DNA of 64,000 bases from the NCBI GenBank assembly GCA_964567265.1, contig CAZMLK010000002.1, forward strand, positions 2,996-66,995, read 5' to 3'. The translations under genes were made by a program, and so were the position numbers. Below are positions 9,330-18,897 of the stretch, one piece after another. The notes beneath the pieces are model-generated. The model ran no database searches. It was not told the DNA's origin and saw nothing but the letters and a program-made list of their open reading frames with translations. The stretch comes from an uncultured Candidatus Saccharibacteria bacterium (GTDB lineage: Bacteria > Patescibacteriota > Minisyncoccia > Phycocordibacterales > UBA12088). Within the stretch, counting starts at the first letter, position 1; each line of letters starts with the position of its first letter.

Positions 9330-9785
9330 CTATCCTTTCGGCGGCGTGGTGGATGCATTCGAGTCGGTAGTGGTCGCCCACAAGAGGTTGTAGACGGACG
9401 TCGCCCCGACTTCGGTAAGGCTGACCTGTCCTGCCAGCATGCCGTCCTGCCCGTACCCTTTGGCGATGAGACCGGTCATGAGGAGCGGCGTTTCCGGGAT
9501 CGGGAAGATCCAGATTTCAACGCCGGCAGCATTGGTCGCCTGATACTTCGCCTCGCCGAGGAGCTTGAATGCATCCTCAGTCACTTCGGTTCCCGTGGGC
9601 ACGCCCCAGATCTCCACCTTGGTGAGCCCCTTCCCTTCGACGACGATGTTCGGCCGCTCCACCGATATGCTCGCGATCTCCGGCTCGACCGCGGACACCT
9701 TCGTGCCTGAGGAGAGCCAGAAGAATACGCCTCCAATGAACAAGAAGAAGACGATGAGTCCGACGATGAGTCCGCGTGTTTCCAT
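9330..9785 (-). CDS. hypothetical membrane-anchored protein
   Basis: N-terminal TM helix LIVGLIVFFLFIGGVFFWL then soluble domain; start set at METRGL. Confidence 0.5.
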   Translation of the reverse strand: METRGLIVGLIVFFLFIGGVFFWLSSGTKVSAVEPEIASISVERPNIVVEGKGLTKVEIWGVPTGTEVTEDAFKLLGEAKYQATNAAGVEIWIFPIPETPLLMTGLIAKGYGQDGMLAGQVSLTEVGATSVYNLLWATTTDSNASTTPPKG

Positions 9786-9988
9786 ATCTTTAATAGGGAT
9801 GATGGCCCTCCCGGGCATGGATTCGAGTAACAACGCCTATCAAAGCACAGGAGATATAAAGGAAAGATGAAGATGTATTTTTCTAGGGCCGAGATAGGCC
9901 GTGCAACAGGTACGGAATATTGACAATAAGAACAGGTCGTGGCAATATCTTTGGCGACATCGCCGTTCTTTAAAAGCAACCACACGAG

Positions 9989-10402
9989 GTGCCAGAAATG
10001 CCCATCATCCTCCGAATGGAAGACCTGCTGCGCGAATATGATCGTGCAAATAGACAACCGCTCAACATCGACGGCGAGGACCCACCATTCTTCTCTGCGG
10101 CAGAGGACCCGGACCCGATCACTCCTGAGCAAACCAGGCTGCTGGCGGCGCGGATCCAAGCAGCCAAGATACGGTTCCGCTCCCGCCTTCCCAAATTCAA
10201 CGACCAGGATCTCTGGCGCGATGAACCCGAGGTCGAAGACAGCCCGGACGGAGTCGGAGCCTATGTCCGCATCCTCCGCCGGAGATCCAATGCGCACCAG
10301 ACCTGGCGTCGCGAGAGCCTTGCGCTCATCGCAGCATTCACACAACGCTGGAAGTCCCTCCTCGGTCAGATGACCGAAAACGCCTCCGACGAGGAGGAGT
10401 AG
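9989..10402 (+). CDS. hypothetical protein (137 aa)
   Basis: ORF with host-like GC, followed by terminator 10456-10490. Confidence 0.5.
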   Translation: MPEMPIILRMEDLLREYDRANRQPLNIDGEDPPFFSAAEDPDPITPEQTRLLAARIQAAKIRFRSRLPKFNDQDLWRDEPEVEDSPDGVGAYVRILRRRSNAHQTWRRESLALIAAFTQRWKSLLGQMTENASDEEE

Positions 10403-10455
10403 CATCTCTTCCTCCACCTCTTTCCGGTGCTGACAGCTTCCGCCACGAACTCAAT

Positions 10456-10490
10456 CCCCCGCAAGCCAAGCTTGCGGGGGATTTTTCTTT
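10456..10490. terminator. bidirectional terminator cccccgcaag-ccaag-cttgcggggg + T-run
   Basis: perfect 10-bp stem between convergent genes; marks right edge of low-GC island. Confidence 0.65.
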
Positions 10491-10512
10491 TAATTTTCTC
10501 CTCGGAATGAGC

Positions 10513-13416
10513 TCAATCAAACAATTTATCGTGCTCTATATCGTCAGACCAGTAGTTGTACCTTTCTCCCAAGAACTTCTTCAGGCCTTCTTTGTGCGGG
10601 GTGCCGTTTTTTATATCAAGATCTAGATGCCTCAGGGTGGATGGCATTGTCATGTAGAGATGAAGCTCGATGTCTTTCTTTGAGAATTCTGAGAGAGGGA
10701 CTGGCAACGAACTCTCGTCTTCTTGGCCGTTGAGTTGTTCAGTCATCGAACGCTTCATCGCCTCCTCAGTTCGTGCACCGCTGTTTTGCATTCGATAGTT
10801 CATCGCTATCGAACCTATCGCCATCAAAATATGCCAGTCTTTCCAACCAGCAGCACGAAGTTCGGCAACCGTTTTTTTGAACTCCGCAGTTTGATTTAGC
10901 TTAGGAAGTGTAAGTCCTACCACTCTCAATGAGCGTTCGTAGCGATTCTTGATACCCTTATCACTTCTCTCTTTGCTATAAGCGGGAACCAGATCACTTC
11001 TCCATGCCAATTCAGTATGTACCCGCTTTGTTAGGTCTAGCTTGAACTCTGGCTTAGGTAGCTTGGTTGCTTCATCAAAGAGTTCTCCTGACGTCAGGTC
11101 TCGATACATTGTCTCGTAGGAGCTCACCGTAAAGGTCTTCGTTGTGAGACCATCCTGTGCCGCCGCTTTCACCTTCTCTAGAACCTTCTCGTTTGGCAGC
11201 AGAGAGATTTCAGCAAGTATCGCAACAGCTATACCAAAGATCTCCATATTGAAATCGCCAACCTCCTCCAGCCCCTTGGGAACTGCAGTTCGTAGACTCA
11301 CTTTCCACCTGTACTCCTCATTGCTGTGCTGCTGCTCTATGTGGAATTTCTCCCTGTCTTCAAGCTCTACTGTGATGTGCGCATCAACTGGTAGTAGATA
11401 AAGCTCTTCACGAGCCAAATCTGCAAGCACAATTTGCAGAACTGCAACGAAGTGTTCTACCTTTGAAGTTTCGAGGAAGCCGTTCTTCCAATTCACATGC
11501 CAATTGATTCCAAGCTGTTGCCACTCAGCAGTTCTTTCCTCTCCCGCATCAGCGAATGGATTCCCAGTAAGGTTTTCTTCAAGAATTTCAATGGTTTCAG
11601 GTAGTGGTCGCTTTTCCCAAATTTCTTCAGCCATCTGAATAACCTCGTCAGTCCAGTCAGGGATTCCCCAAGAAGCAACTCGTTCTTTTACAAAGCCAGT
11701 GAGATCTGGAGAAACCACTTTAGATAAACCAGCGATGTTGCCCGTATAGAAGAGAATCTTCTGGAACATTTTCTGAGTGGTTTTGTCCTCATCCATATCT
11801 GGCGAGAAGGTACCCATGCCACGAAGTACCATTTCTGCTCGCTCTAGGAAGCTTGCCCAATTACCCTGCTCATACTCTGCTGAGGCAACTTGTGCCAGAC
11901 CTCTTGGAAAGTAGGCTTTGGTTTCTTCATCAAGACCTCTTGCAGCCATATAGGCTACGGCCATGCCGTAATATTTCGAAGCGTATGTCAGGCCAAGCTC
12001 TGAATACCATTCAGTAAGCAAGAGCATGGCAATGAGGGATCCGTTGATAGTTTCGTTTGCGAACCAGTGCTCCTTCGCTTTATGCAGTTCTTTTATCGCC
12101 TTGATGATTTGTTTTTTCTTATAGAATTCAAGGGAGCGATCACGGCTTTTCTCCGCGGCTGCAAATCCACCCATGCGCTTACTAAGCAAGTCATCGGTAC
12201 GCTTGGTGAGCTCATCGAACTGAGGATGATCGCCAATGAAAGGCACCAGCGCAGTCAAGATGTTTGAGAATCTTTCAAGCGGAAAGGTGGGAGTGCGCTC
12301 AATAAGTTCAGTTAGCTTCAACCACCACCCAATACCTTCATCCAAAGTGTCTGCGTATGGGTTATTGATTGTGAGTTGGCCTTTTGTTTCGTAGAGAATC
12401 GCTTGGATAGCTACATTCTTTTCTGTTTTTAGCCTCTCATCTACACACGACTCTATTCGACTACGCCATTCTGTGAGCTCTTCCTGAGTGAACTCAGCAA
12501 CTCCAAACCTTGCGCCTGCTTCTGCATAATTCAGAACTACCAGCGCGTCTTCAACTTCTATCGGACTCGTGAAGTCGCCATGAGAGAAATATTTACGGAC
12601 GAAATCCTCTTTGCCGCTAAGTGTGCGAGTTCCGCGCATGCGTACTGCAATAGCCTCGTATGCTGCTTTGCGTTTCAAAGGGATATCTCCTTCGATTTCA
12701 GAATAAGCTTCGAGCTTTTCAACCCAAAAAAGGAGGTCGTGTTTGAGGAGCTCCCTAAATAGCGCGCCGCGCGCCACCCACTTCAGATCATCAAACTCAG
12801 AGAAGTTTTGGTGATCGGGGAGGTAATCTTTCCACTTGGCCTTTAGCTTCTCGTATTCTGCGTCCTCGATAGGCGGGAATATTTTGCTAGAGACATTCAG
12901 ATATTTCTCCGCTATCCAAAATAATTCCTTCTCTGCCAACTGCTCTGATAAGCCTTCACCGTCAATGATGTCTAGGGAAATTTTGTAAATATCATATGCC
13001 CACTTCTTTATCTTATTTCTTTCAGAGACTGGGAGGTCATTGGAAGTAAGGTAATACGCTCCATCTACGGGGGTACCCTGTTCAACAATCTTCTTTACAT
13101 CTGCTTTTATCTTGGAAGGAAGTCCGTCCTTCTTGGTGGTGCAACCGAAGGCGAGTGTTTTCGAAGAGACTGACCCTGCATAAAAAGAAGTATCGCTGCT
13201 GCCGCTATCCTTCAAGAAAACCTTAAAAGTCTCGAAATCTCTTCCTTGATCTCCACCTGCAGCCACTGGCCCTGTTGCGGGCAAAACATTTACCCCTATC
13301 CGCTGGCGTGAAAAGTGCCTACAAATCTCTTCGAAAGTGAAGTGACCGTTCTGGCTAGGAAGTTCAGATAGAAGGAATTTTATGTATTTCTTTACATCCT
13401 CGTAGGATTGCGCCAT
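10513..13416 (-). CDS. large (967 aa) hypothetical protein on a low-GC island; N-terminal restriction-endonuclease (Mrr)-like motif; candidate defence/nuclease protein
   Basis: long ORF with ~45% GC versus ~60% flanks; N-terminus HFTFEEICRHF...AAGGDQGRDFETFK resembles Mrr_cat FE..l/sGDgGiD core; remainder helical with no P-loop; bounded by terminators. Confidence 0.75.
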   Translation of the reverse strand: MAQSYEDVKKYIKFLLSELPSQNGHFTFEEICRHFSRQRIGVNVLPATGPVAAGGDQGRDFETFKVFLKDSGSSDTSFYAGSVSSKTLAFGCTTKKDGLPSKIKADVKKIVEQGTPVDGAYYLTSNDLPVSERNKIKKWAYDIYKISLDIIDGEGLSEQLAEKELFWIAEKYLNVSSKIFPPIEDAEYEKLKAKWKDYLPDHQNFSEFDDLKWVARGALFRELLKHDLLFWVEKLEAYSEIEGDIPLKRKAAYEAIAVRMRGTRTLSGKEDFVRKYFSHGDFTSPIEVEDALVVLNYAEAGARFGVAEFTQEELTEWRSRIESCVDERLKTEKNVAIQAILYETKGQLTINNPYADTLDEGIGWWLKLTELIERTPTFPLERFSNILTALVPFIGDHPQFDELTKRTDDLLSKRMGGFAAAEKSRDRSLEFYKKKQIIKAIKELHKAKEHWFANETINGSLIAMLLLTEWYSELGLTYASKYYGMAVAYMAARGLDEETKAYFPRGLAQVASAEYEQGNWASFLERAEMVLRGMGTFSPDMDEDKTTQKMFQKILFYTGNIAGLSKVVSPDLTGFVKERVASWGIPDWTDEVIQMAEEIWEKRPLPETIEILEENLTGNPFADAGEERTAEWQQLGINWHVNWKNGFLETSKVEHFVAVLQIVLADLAREELYLLPVDAHITVELEDREKFHIEQQHSNEEYRWKVSLRTAVPKGLEEVGDFNMEIFGIAVAILAEISLLPNEKVLEKVKAAAQDGLTTKTFTVSSYETMYRDLTSGELFDEATKLPKPEFKLDLTKRVHTELAWRSDLVPAYSKERSDKGIKNRYERSLRVVGLTLPKLNQTAEFKKTVAELRAAGWKDWHILMAIGSIAMNYRMQNSGARTEEAMKRSMTEQLNGQEDESSLPVPLSEFSKKDIELHLYMTMPSTLRHLDLDIKNGTPHKEGLKKFLGERYNYWSDDIEHDKLFD

Positions 13417-13662
13417 AAATATTTTCTTCTTCTAAGAAGGCTGCTCGGAGTCCGAATCTATCTCAAACTGGCTGAGCAAATTTGAATCGAACAGCCCTGA
13501 TGCCCTAGTATTATGGACCTCAATAATCAGTCGGCAAGATTCCCATACTCGCAAAAACGTTGCGCCTCGTTAGCCACAGAAATAGCGGCAAGGCCATTGT
13601 CATCCTTTTTTTCAGAGTTAGAATGTTCGTGCGATCATCGGGTCGCTAAAGTTGGGAAACTT

Positions 13663-13697
13663 TAAGAAAAAGACTCGCCCTGCGAGTCTTTTTCTTT
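13663..13697 (-). terminator. intrinsic terminator after DUF1360 gene (agactcgc-cct-gcgagtct with flanking A/T runs)
   Basis: hairpin flanked by aaaaa/ttttt, 20 nt downstream of minus-strand stop at 13716. Confidence 0.65.
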
Positions 13698-13715
13698 CCT
13701 ATCTTTAGGCCTTCC

Positions 13716-14210
13716 CTACTTATCCTCCACCTGCATTTTGAGGAGTTCGGCTTTCCAGCCGATGAGGTTCGCGGCGACCTGGATGAATGAGGCAACACCC
13801 GCGATCGCAAGGAAGAGAATCGGGAACCATGCGTACGGCGTCAGGAAGTAGAAGAAGGAGACGAAGAGCGCGAACCACATGCCGATGCACCACGGGCAAG
13901 AGAGGAGGTCGGCTATCGTGCGGCGCGGGCCGCCGAAAGGCTTCTGACGGAGCACGATGCGCTCGCCGTCGTCGCCCATGCGGAGAGTCTTGTCGAGGAA
14001 GAGGTCGCGGACGTGCTGCATGATCTTGTCATACACGAAGAGGCGCGTGAGGCGGAAGGTCGCGAGCGCGAGGAGCGCGAAGTCGTAGAGCGGGATGTAC
14101 CGCGGGACGATGCCGGCGACGACATGCAGGATGACGAGCGCGTTCACGAACAGCATCAGGAAGAGGAGGCCGAAGGTGAGGTTCCAGAAATCTTGGTCGT
14201 CTTGCAACAT
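13716..14210 (-). CDS. DUF1360-family membrane protein
   Basis: CPWCIGMW motif and TM helices typical of DUF1360. Confidence 0.7.
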   Translation of the reverse strand: MLQDDQDFWNLTFGLLFLMLFVNALVILHVVAGIVPRYIPLYDFALLALATFRLTRLFVYDKIMQHVRDLFLDKTLRMGDDGERIVLRQKPFGGPRRTIADLLSCPWCIGMWFALFVSFFYFLTPYAWFPILFLAIAGVASFIQVAANLIGWKAELLKMQVEDK

Positions 14211-14220
14211 GGGATGCGGG

Positions 14221-14364
14221 TTAGTTGGTATGGACGACCGCGGTGCCGTCGCTGTTCACTTCGGGATCATCACCTCCGAAGAAACCGATCACCATGAAAC
14301 TGAGCAGGATGATACCGAGGAATCCGAAGGCGAATTTGAAGAATGTCTTGTTGAAGAGCGACAT
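14221..14364 (-). CDS. putative small membrane protein (47 aa)
   Basis: hydrophobic FKFAFGFLGIILLSFMVIGFF; start set at MSLFNK to avoid overlap with upstream TPR gene. Confidence 0.35.
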   Translation of the reverse strand: MSLFNKTFFKFAFGFLGIILLSFMVIGFFGGDDPEVNSDGTAVVHTN

Positions 14365-14380
14365 GGAGGACTGGTGTCTT

Positions 14381-15106
14381 TTATTTGAGCGCCGCGAGCT
14401 CGGCACGGAGCGTGGTCTCGAGCGAGGTATTCCCTTCGGCTTTCGCTTCGGTAAGCGCCTTTTCGAAGTAGGTGCGCGCTTCCTCGGTCTTCCCCGTTTC
14501 CTTGTAGTGGACGGCGAGCGAGATCAGGAGATCAGTACTCTTCGGATTCTTCTCGAGCCCCTTGAGGAGGATGTCCGTTGCCGCATTGGTATCCTGCTTG
14601 TAGTTGTTGTGGTAGAGGTCGTAGAGGTTGCGGTAGCCGGGGATGTAGTCGGGCTTGAGCTCCACCGTCTTCAAGAGATACTTCTCCGCCCTCGGGTAGT
14701 CTTTGAGATAGTTCGCGTAGAGGTCGCCAAGGTTGTTGAACGCGATCGTATCCTCAGGCCAGTGGTCGGCGACATGGAGCCAGATGGCCTCTGCTCCGTC
14801 ATAGTCCTCGATGGCTTTGCGGTATACCGCGATCTCAAGCCAGCTGTTCTTCAACTCCGGATTGGCGCGGAGATCCTCGGTCGCCTGCTTCACCTTCGCC
14901 TCCATCTCCGCCTTGATGGTTGGATCGAAACGGTCAGGAACGATGAATGGCTTATTGAGGACTGCTACCTCGGGATTGCGATTGTGCCACGCGTAATAGG
15001 CGCCGCCGAGGAGCGCGAGTACGACGACTGCGATAACAAGGACTGGAGCCTTCTTATTTTTAGAGGATAGAGGGGTATTCCGAATTTCTGTTGTTTCATT
15101 TTCCAT
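14381..15106 (-). CDS. TPR-repeat protein with N-terminal membrane anchor
   Basis: TM helix VLVIAVVVLALLGGAYYAW followed by TPR-like Y/L-rich repeats; first ATG at 15106 (ORF opens with GTG). Confidence 0.7.
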   Translation of the reverse strand: MENETTEIRNTPLSSKNKKAPVLVIAVVVLALLGGAYYAWHNRNPEVAVLNKPFIVPDRFDPTIKAEMEAKVKQATEDLRANPELKNSWLEIAVYRKAIEDYDGAEAIWLHVADHWPEDTIAFNNLGDLYANYLKDYPRAEKYLLKTVELKPDYIPGYRNLYDLYHNNYKQDTNAATDILLKGLEKNPKSTDLLISLAVHYKETGKTEEARTYFEKALTEAKAEGNTSLETTLRAELAALK

Positions 15107-15147
15107 ACTTCTCCATTTTACCACGTTTATATTTTGGCGATATGCAT

Positions 15148-15186
15148 CAAAAAACCGCCGGCACTTTCTGTGCCGGCGGTTTTTTG
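15148..15186. terminator. bidirectional terminator aaaaaccgccggca-ctttctg-tgccggcggttttt
   Basis: 9-bp GC stem flanked by A-run and T-run. Confidence 0.6.
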
Positions 15187-15288
15187 TTTGCAGTCCGGAA
15201 ACGCCAAAGCCCCCACATGCTTGCGCATGCGGGGGCTTGGCTAATCAACTCTGACTTCCGAAGTAAGTCCTAACTTGCGTTAGAAAGC

Positions 15289-18200
15289 TTAGTTCGTCGA
15301 GGTGAGGGTTTCCGACGTCATGTTGACGCTTGGGAGGCCCTGCACCTGGTAACCGTTGGTGAAGTCGAGATCGTTGATCGTGTTCTGGGTCGTGGTTGAG
15401 ATCGGTGACCAGATAAAGTCATCGTTCGTATCACCATCAACACCAGTAGCGGTGTCCATAAGAGTTGCTGCATTCACTGGGTATGCTGCATCTCCAAGGA
15501 GCTTCACGCTGATCGACTCAGATCCAGTGCCAGTCTCGACATTCGCAACAGTTGCGCGAAGTTCGAAGTAGCGAGTGGCACCTGCAGGCACGATGTAAGT
15601 CGTGTTACCGCCTGATGCCTTCTGGAAGAGCATGTTCACGTCAATCGAGTTGGTGCCTGCGAGCGTCTGCACCGGAGCTGTCTGAACGTTGAGCTTACCA
15701 TCTGACGAGAAGGTCGTATCAGCTGTGCTGAACGAGCTGTCTGTGTAGACGTATGCTGCAAGAGCAGAAGTCGTTGCGGATACCGTAGAAGAACCAATGT
15801 TGAACGAGAACTTGTAGAGCGCAACATCGCCGTCAGTAGCAGTCACCTTGAAGCGGTAGAGAACCTTGTCTCCGCCCGATACGAGGGTGAGGTTGCTGCC
15901 TGAGAGTGCGACCTGCGCAAGTACTGGGTACGCCTTCATGATGCGGACACCGTTAGATGCCGTGTCACCTGAAGCAGGAGTTGCGGTTGAACCTGATGCA
16001 ACGCCAGTACCGTATGTACCGTTGAGGCCTGAGTTCGAGCCGTCGTAGTCGACAACAAGGAGGTCACCTGAAGAGGTCAACGGACCTGAGTTCGAGATAC
16101 CTGCAATGTCGCCCTTCACGACGAGAACGTTCGAGCCGTCCTTCGGAATGCGGAAGTTCGAGATTGCGCTTGAAGTACCATTGTCACCCGCTGGGAAGAC
16201 GACGGTACCAACCTGTACTCCTGCAGTCGTCCAAAGGGTCACCTGGCGACCAACGAGGTCAGTCGGGGTGTTTGAAGCAACTGAAGAGAGCTGGAGCGCG
16301 ATCTGCTTGAGGTCGATATCTTCATTCGAAGCAGAGAACTTAATGCGTGCGAGTTCAACACCAGTCGAGCCAGCAGATACGATCTTGTATCCAGGGCTGT
16401 TGGTATCGAGGACCGCAGTAAGCGTGCCTGAAGTACCGATGCTCATTGTCTGACCATTCGAGTCAGTGAAGGTTTCGACGATCGTAGTACCGCTGGTCAC
16501 ACCAGAGAATGATGTGAGGCTTGAGTTCTGCGCGTCATCGATACCCCAGAGGTAAGAACCAGTTGCGCCAGTCGAGACATTACACTTGAGTGCGAGTGTC
16601 TTCGAAGTGCCCTTGGTAACCATGAGGCCTGAACCATCGAATGTGAACTGCGTTGACGATGAGAATGACGACGGGTTCTTCGAGTTTGAGCCTGAAGTGA
16701 CCGAAGTCGAGCCATCGTAGAGCTGGCAGGCCGTGAGGCTTGTCGCTACTGCAGTGTTTGCACCACCGTATGCGAGCGGGATTGAAGTGACGCGGACGTC
16801 CTCTCCTGATCCTGTTGCATCAATGATGTAGTTTGCGAACAAGAAGCCCTGTGCGCCTGCGATCACAGTCTGTGCAGTCGGAACTGACGAGACTGAGACG
16901 TTCACTGAACCTGCCTTCATGGTCATCGTAGGACCAGTGAGGGTAGATGCTGGTGACGGCGTGATGGTCTTTCCAGTCGTGTCGCCCTTCACGTTGCTCC
17001 AGTCAGTCGGAGTCGTTGAGGCGCTGACCGTATCGTTGTTTGCGAAGTCGGTACCGAGCTTACCCTTGAGGGTGAGGTTGGTAACGCCTGTCGGGAACGT
17101 GATTGAGTCAGAGAAGGTGACGTATGCGTTTGAAGCTGATCCGTCAACTGGACCTGCGACGACCGAACCATTCTGGTCAACGAGGGTAAGGTTCGTGAGG
17201 TCTGCGCGGTCTGCTGCAGAACCAGTCTCTGTGAGGTAGATCTTGATCGAACCGACCGTCACTGGCTCACCGCGTGCTTCAACAGAGAAGCCTGCGATTG
17301 GCTGGTTGAGGACGTTCTCAGCAAGGTTCTGTGCGTTCACAGTCGGCCACGTGCTCACGATAAGTGAACCAGTGTTGACGGTGACTTCAGAACCGTTGTA
17401 CCAAGGATCTTCACCTGTACAGAACGAAGAGTCATTTGCATCAGATGCACAGTTGCTTGAACCTGCTGGGGGCGTAAGGCCGTATCCATAGGTCTCGCCA
17501 ACTGCGTAGATGTCAGTCTTCTTCGCGATGTCGAAGGCGACGGTGCGGCCTGAGCCACCTGCGATATCAGCCTTGACCGTGAAGTCCTTGCTGACACCCT
17601 TGTCGATCTTGACACCATTTCCTGCGAACGAAGTCGTGAAGTACTTGCCGTCTGAAGAAACTACAGTGTCGTAGTCAACTCCGTCGACAGTGGTCTTCAC
17701 GTTCTTGAGGTCGCCAGCCGCTGCTGAACCAACCTGGTTCCAGCGGATTGACTTCACCCAGACGTTCTCTGCAGAACCTGCAGTCACCTTCACAGATGAG
17801 AAGTTGTAGCCGGTGACACCGACTTCCTTCGTCTGATCAGTGCTTGGATCCTGTGCACCGCGCTGTACGGTCAACGTACCGATGACGAGGGTAGAGTTAA
17901 CGTTATGCGTTGCGCCCATGATCGGAAGAGAGCCGGTCACCGTTGCTGACGTGTTGACGCCGACAACTGAGAGCGCGAGCTGCTCGCCCTGGTATGCAGA
18001 GAGGCTCGAGATCATGTTTCCTGCGACGGTGAATGTCTTCGACGTTCCGCGTGGGATCGTCACATTCTCGCCAACATTTGCCTGATCGTTCGAGTTCAAG
18101 GTCTTCGAGATACCAACCTGCATGCCTGCCTCATCAAGAAGGACGATGCCATCGAATGCAGCATTGCTGCCGAGGCCAACGCGCTTCACGGTGACGCTGT

Positions 18201-18897
18201 TGACAACGACGTCGCCGTCGTTACCTGCGGTCACGGTGAACTTCGTGAATGGGATGCGAGCTGCACCGTTGAGGACGCTCGAGTTCATCGGCTGTGAAGC
18301 AGATGAGACCATGAGGCCTGTGCCCGTGCCGGTCACCGGAGGAGTCGTCGTTCCGCCTGTCGATCCGCCAACACAAAGTGCATTTGCCTTTGCGCGAGTC
18401 GATGAGAAGAAGTTCGTGGTTCCTGAGGTAAGACCAACCGGGGTGAGGATCTCACCCTTGTACATCTCCTGGAACTTCTTGACCGCAGCGCCAGTCTTGG
18501 CACCGTAGTATGTCGATTCCATTCCTGCTGAACCTGCGCCCGATGTTGCGATAACAGTACCGCTCATCGAGTTCAAGAACTGCTGGAGCTTCATGACATC
18601 CGTTCCAGTCGATCCGATCTTCAGGTTGGTGTTCCACTTGTATGGACACGCTGATGAAGTTGACGGAGTAGTCGGGGTCGTCGGCGCATTGCCGTGAAGC
18701 GATGCGTTGACATTGGCGATTGTTGCAGCGTCAGCGCCAAATCCCTGGATCAAGTTAATGATGTTCTGGATCTGCGCTTCTGTGAGAGCTGCTGCCTGCA
18801 CTCGCGGTGCGAGTGTAAACAAGACTCCGACGGTCATTGCGAGGGCGAGAACGCCAACCGCAATTTTCGTCGCTGTGAGGTTTTTAATATCAACCAT
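15289..18897 (-). CDS. giant secreted surface protein (1202 aa) with N-terminal signal peptide, peptidoglycan-binding-like domain and long Thr/Ser/Gly-rich beta repeats
   Basis: signal AVGVLALAMTVGVLFTLAPRVQA; KIGSTGTDVMKLQQFLN...YYGAKTGAAVKKFQEMY resembles PG_binding_1; remainder T/S/G/V-rich Ig-like repeats. Confidence 0.85.
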   Translation of the reverse strand: MVDIKNLTATKIAVGVLALAMTVGVLFTLAPRVQAAALTEAQIQNIINLIQGFGADAATIANVNASLHGNAPTTPTTPSTSSACPYKWNTNLKIGSTGTDVMKLQQFLNSMSGTVIATSGAGSAGMESTYYGAKTGAAVKKFQEMYKGEILTPVGLTSGTTNFFSSTRAKANALCVGGSTGGTTTPPVTGTGTGLMVSSASQPMNSSVLNGAARIPFTKFTVTAGNDGDVVVNSVTVKRVGLGSNAAFDGIVLLDEAGMQVGISKTLNSNDQANVGENVTIPRGTSKTFTVAGNMISSLSAYQGEQLALSVVGVNTSATVTGSLPIMGATHNVNSTLVIGTLTVQRGAQDPSTDQTKEVGVTGYNFSSVKVTAGSAENVWVKSIRWNQVGSAAAGDLKNVKTTVDGVDYDTVVSSDGKYFTTSFAGNGVKIDKGVSKDFTVKADIAGGSGRTVAFDIAKKTDIYAVGETYGYGLTPPAGSSNCASDANDSSFCTGEDPWYNGSEVTVNTGSLIVSTWPTVNAQNLAENVLNQPIAGFSVEARGEPVTVGSIKIYLTETGSAADRADLTNLTLVDQNGSVVAGPVDGSASNAYVTFSDSITFPTGVTNLTLKGKLGTDFANNDTVSASTTPTDWSNVKGDTTGKTITPSPASTLTGPTMTMKAGSVNVSVSSVPTAQTVIAGAQGFLFANYIIDATGSGEDVRVTSIPLAYGGANTAVATSLTACQLYDGSTSVTSGSNSKNPSSFSSSTQFTFDGSGLMVTKGTSKTLALKCNVSTGATGSYLWGIDDAQNSSLTSFSGVTSGTTIVETFTDSNGQTMSIGTSGTLTAVLDTNSPGYKIVSAGSTGVELARIKFSASNEDIDLKQIALQLSSVASNTPTDLVGRQVTLWTTAGVQVGTVVFPAGDNGTSSAISNFRIPKDGSNVLVVKGDIAGISNSGPLTSSGDLLVVDYDGSNSGLNGTYGTGVASGSTATPASGDTASNGVRIMKAYPVLAQVALSGSNLTLVSGGDKVLYRFKVTATDGDVALYKFSFNIGSSTVSATTSALAAYVYTDSSFSTADTTFSSDGKLNVQTAPVQTLAGTNSIDVNMLFQKASGGNTTYIVPAGATRYFELRATVANVETGTGSESISVKLLGDAAYPVNAATLMDTATGVDGDTNDDFIWSPISTTTQNTINDLDFTNGYQVQGLPSVNMTSETLTSTN

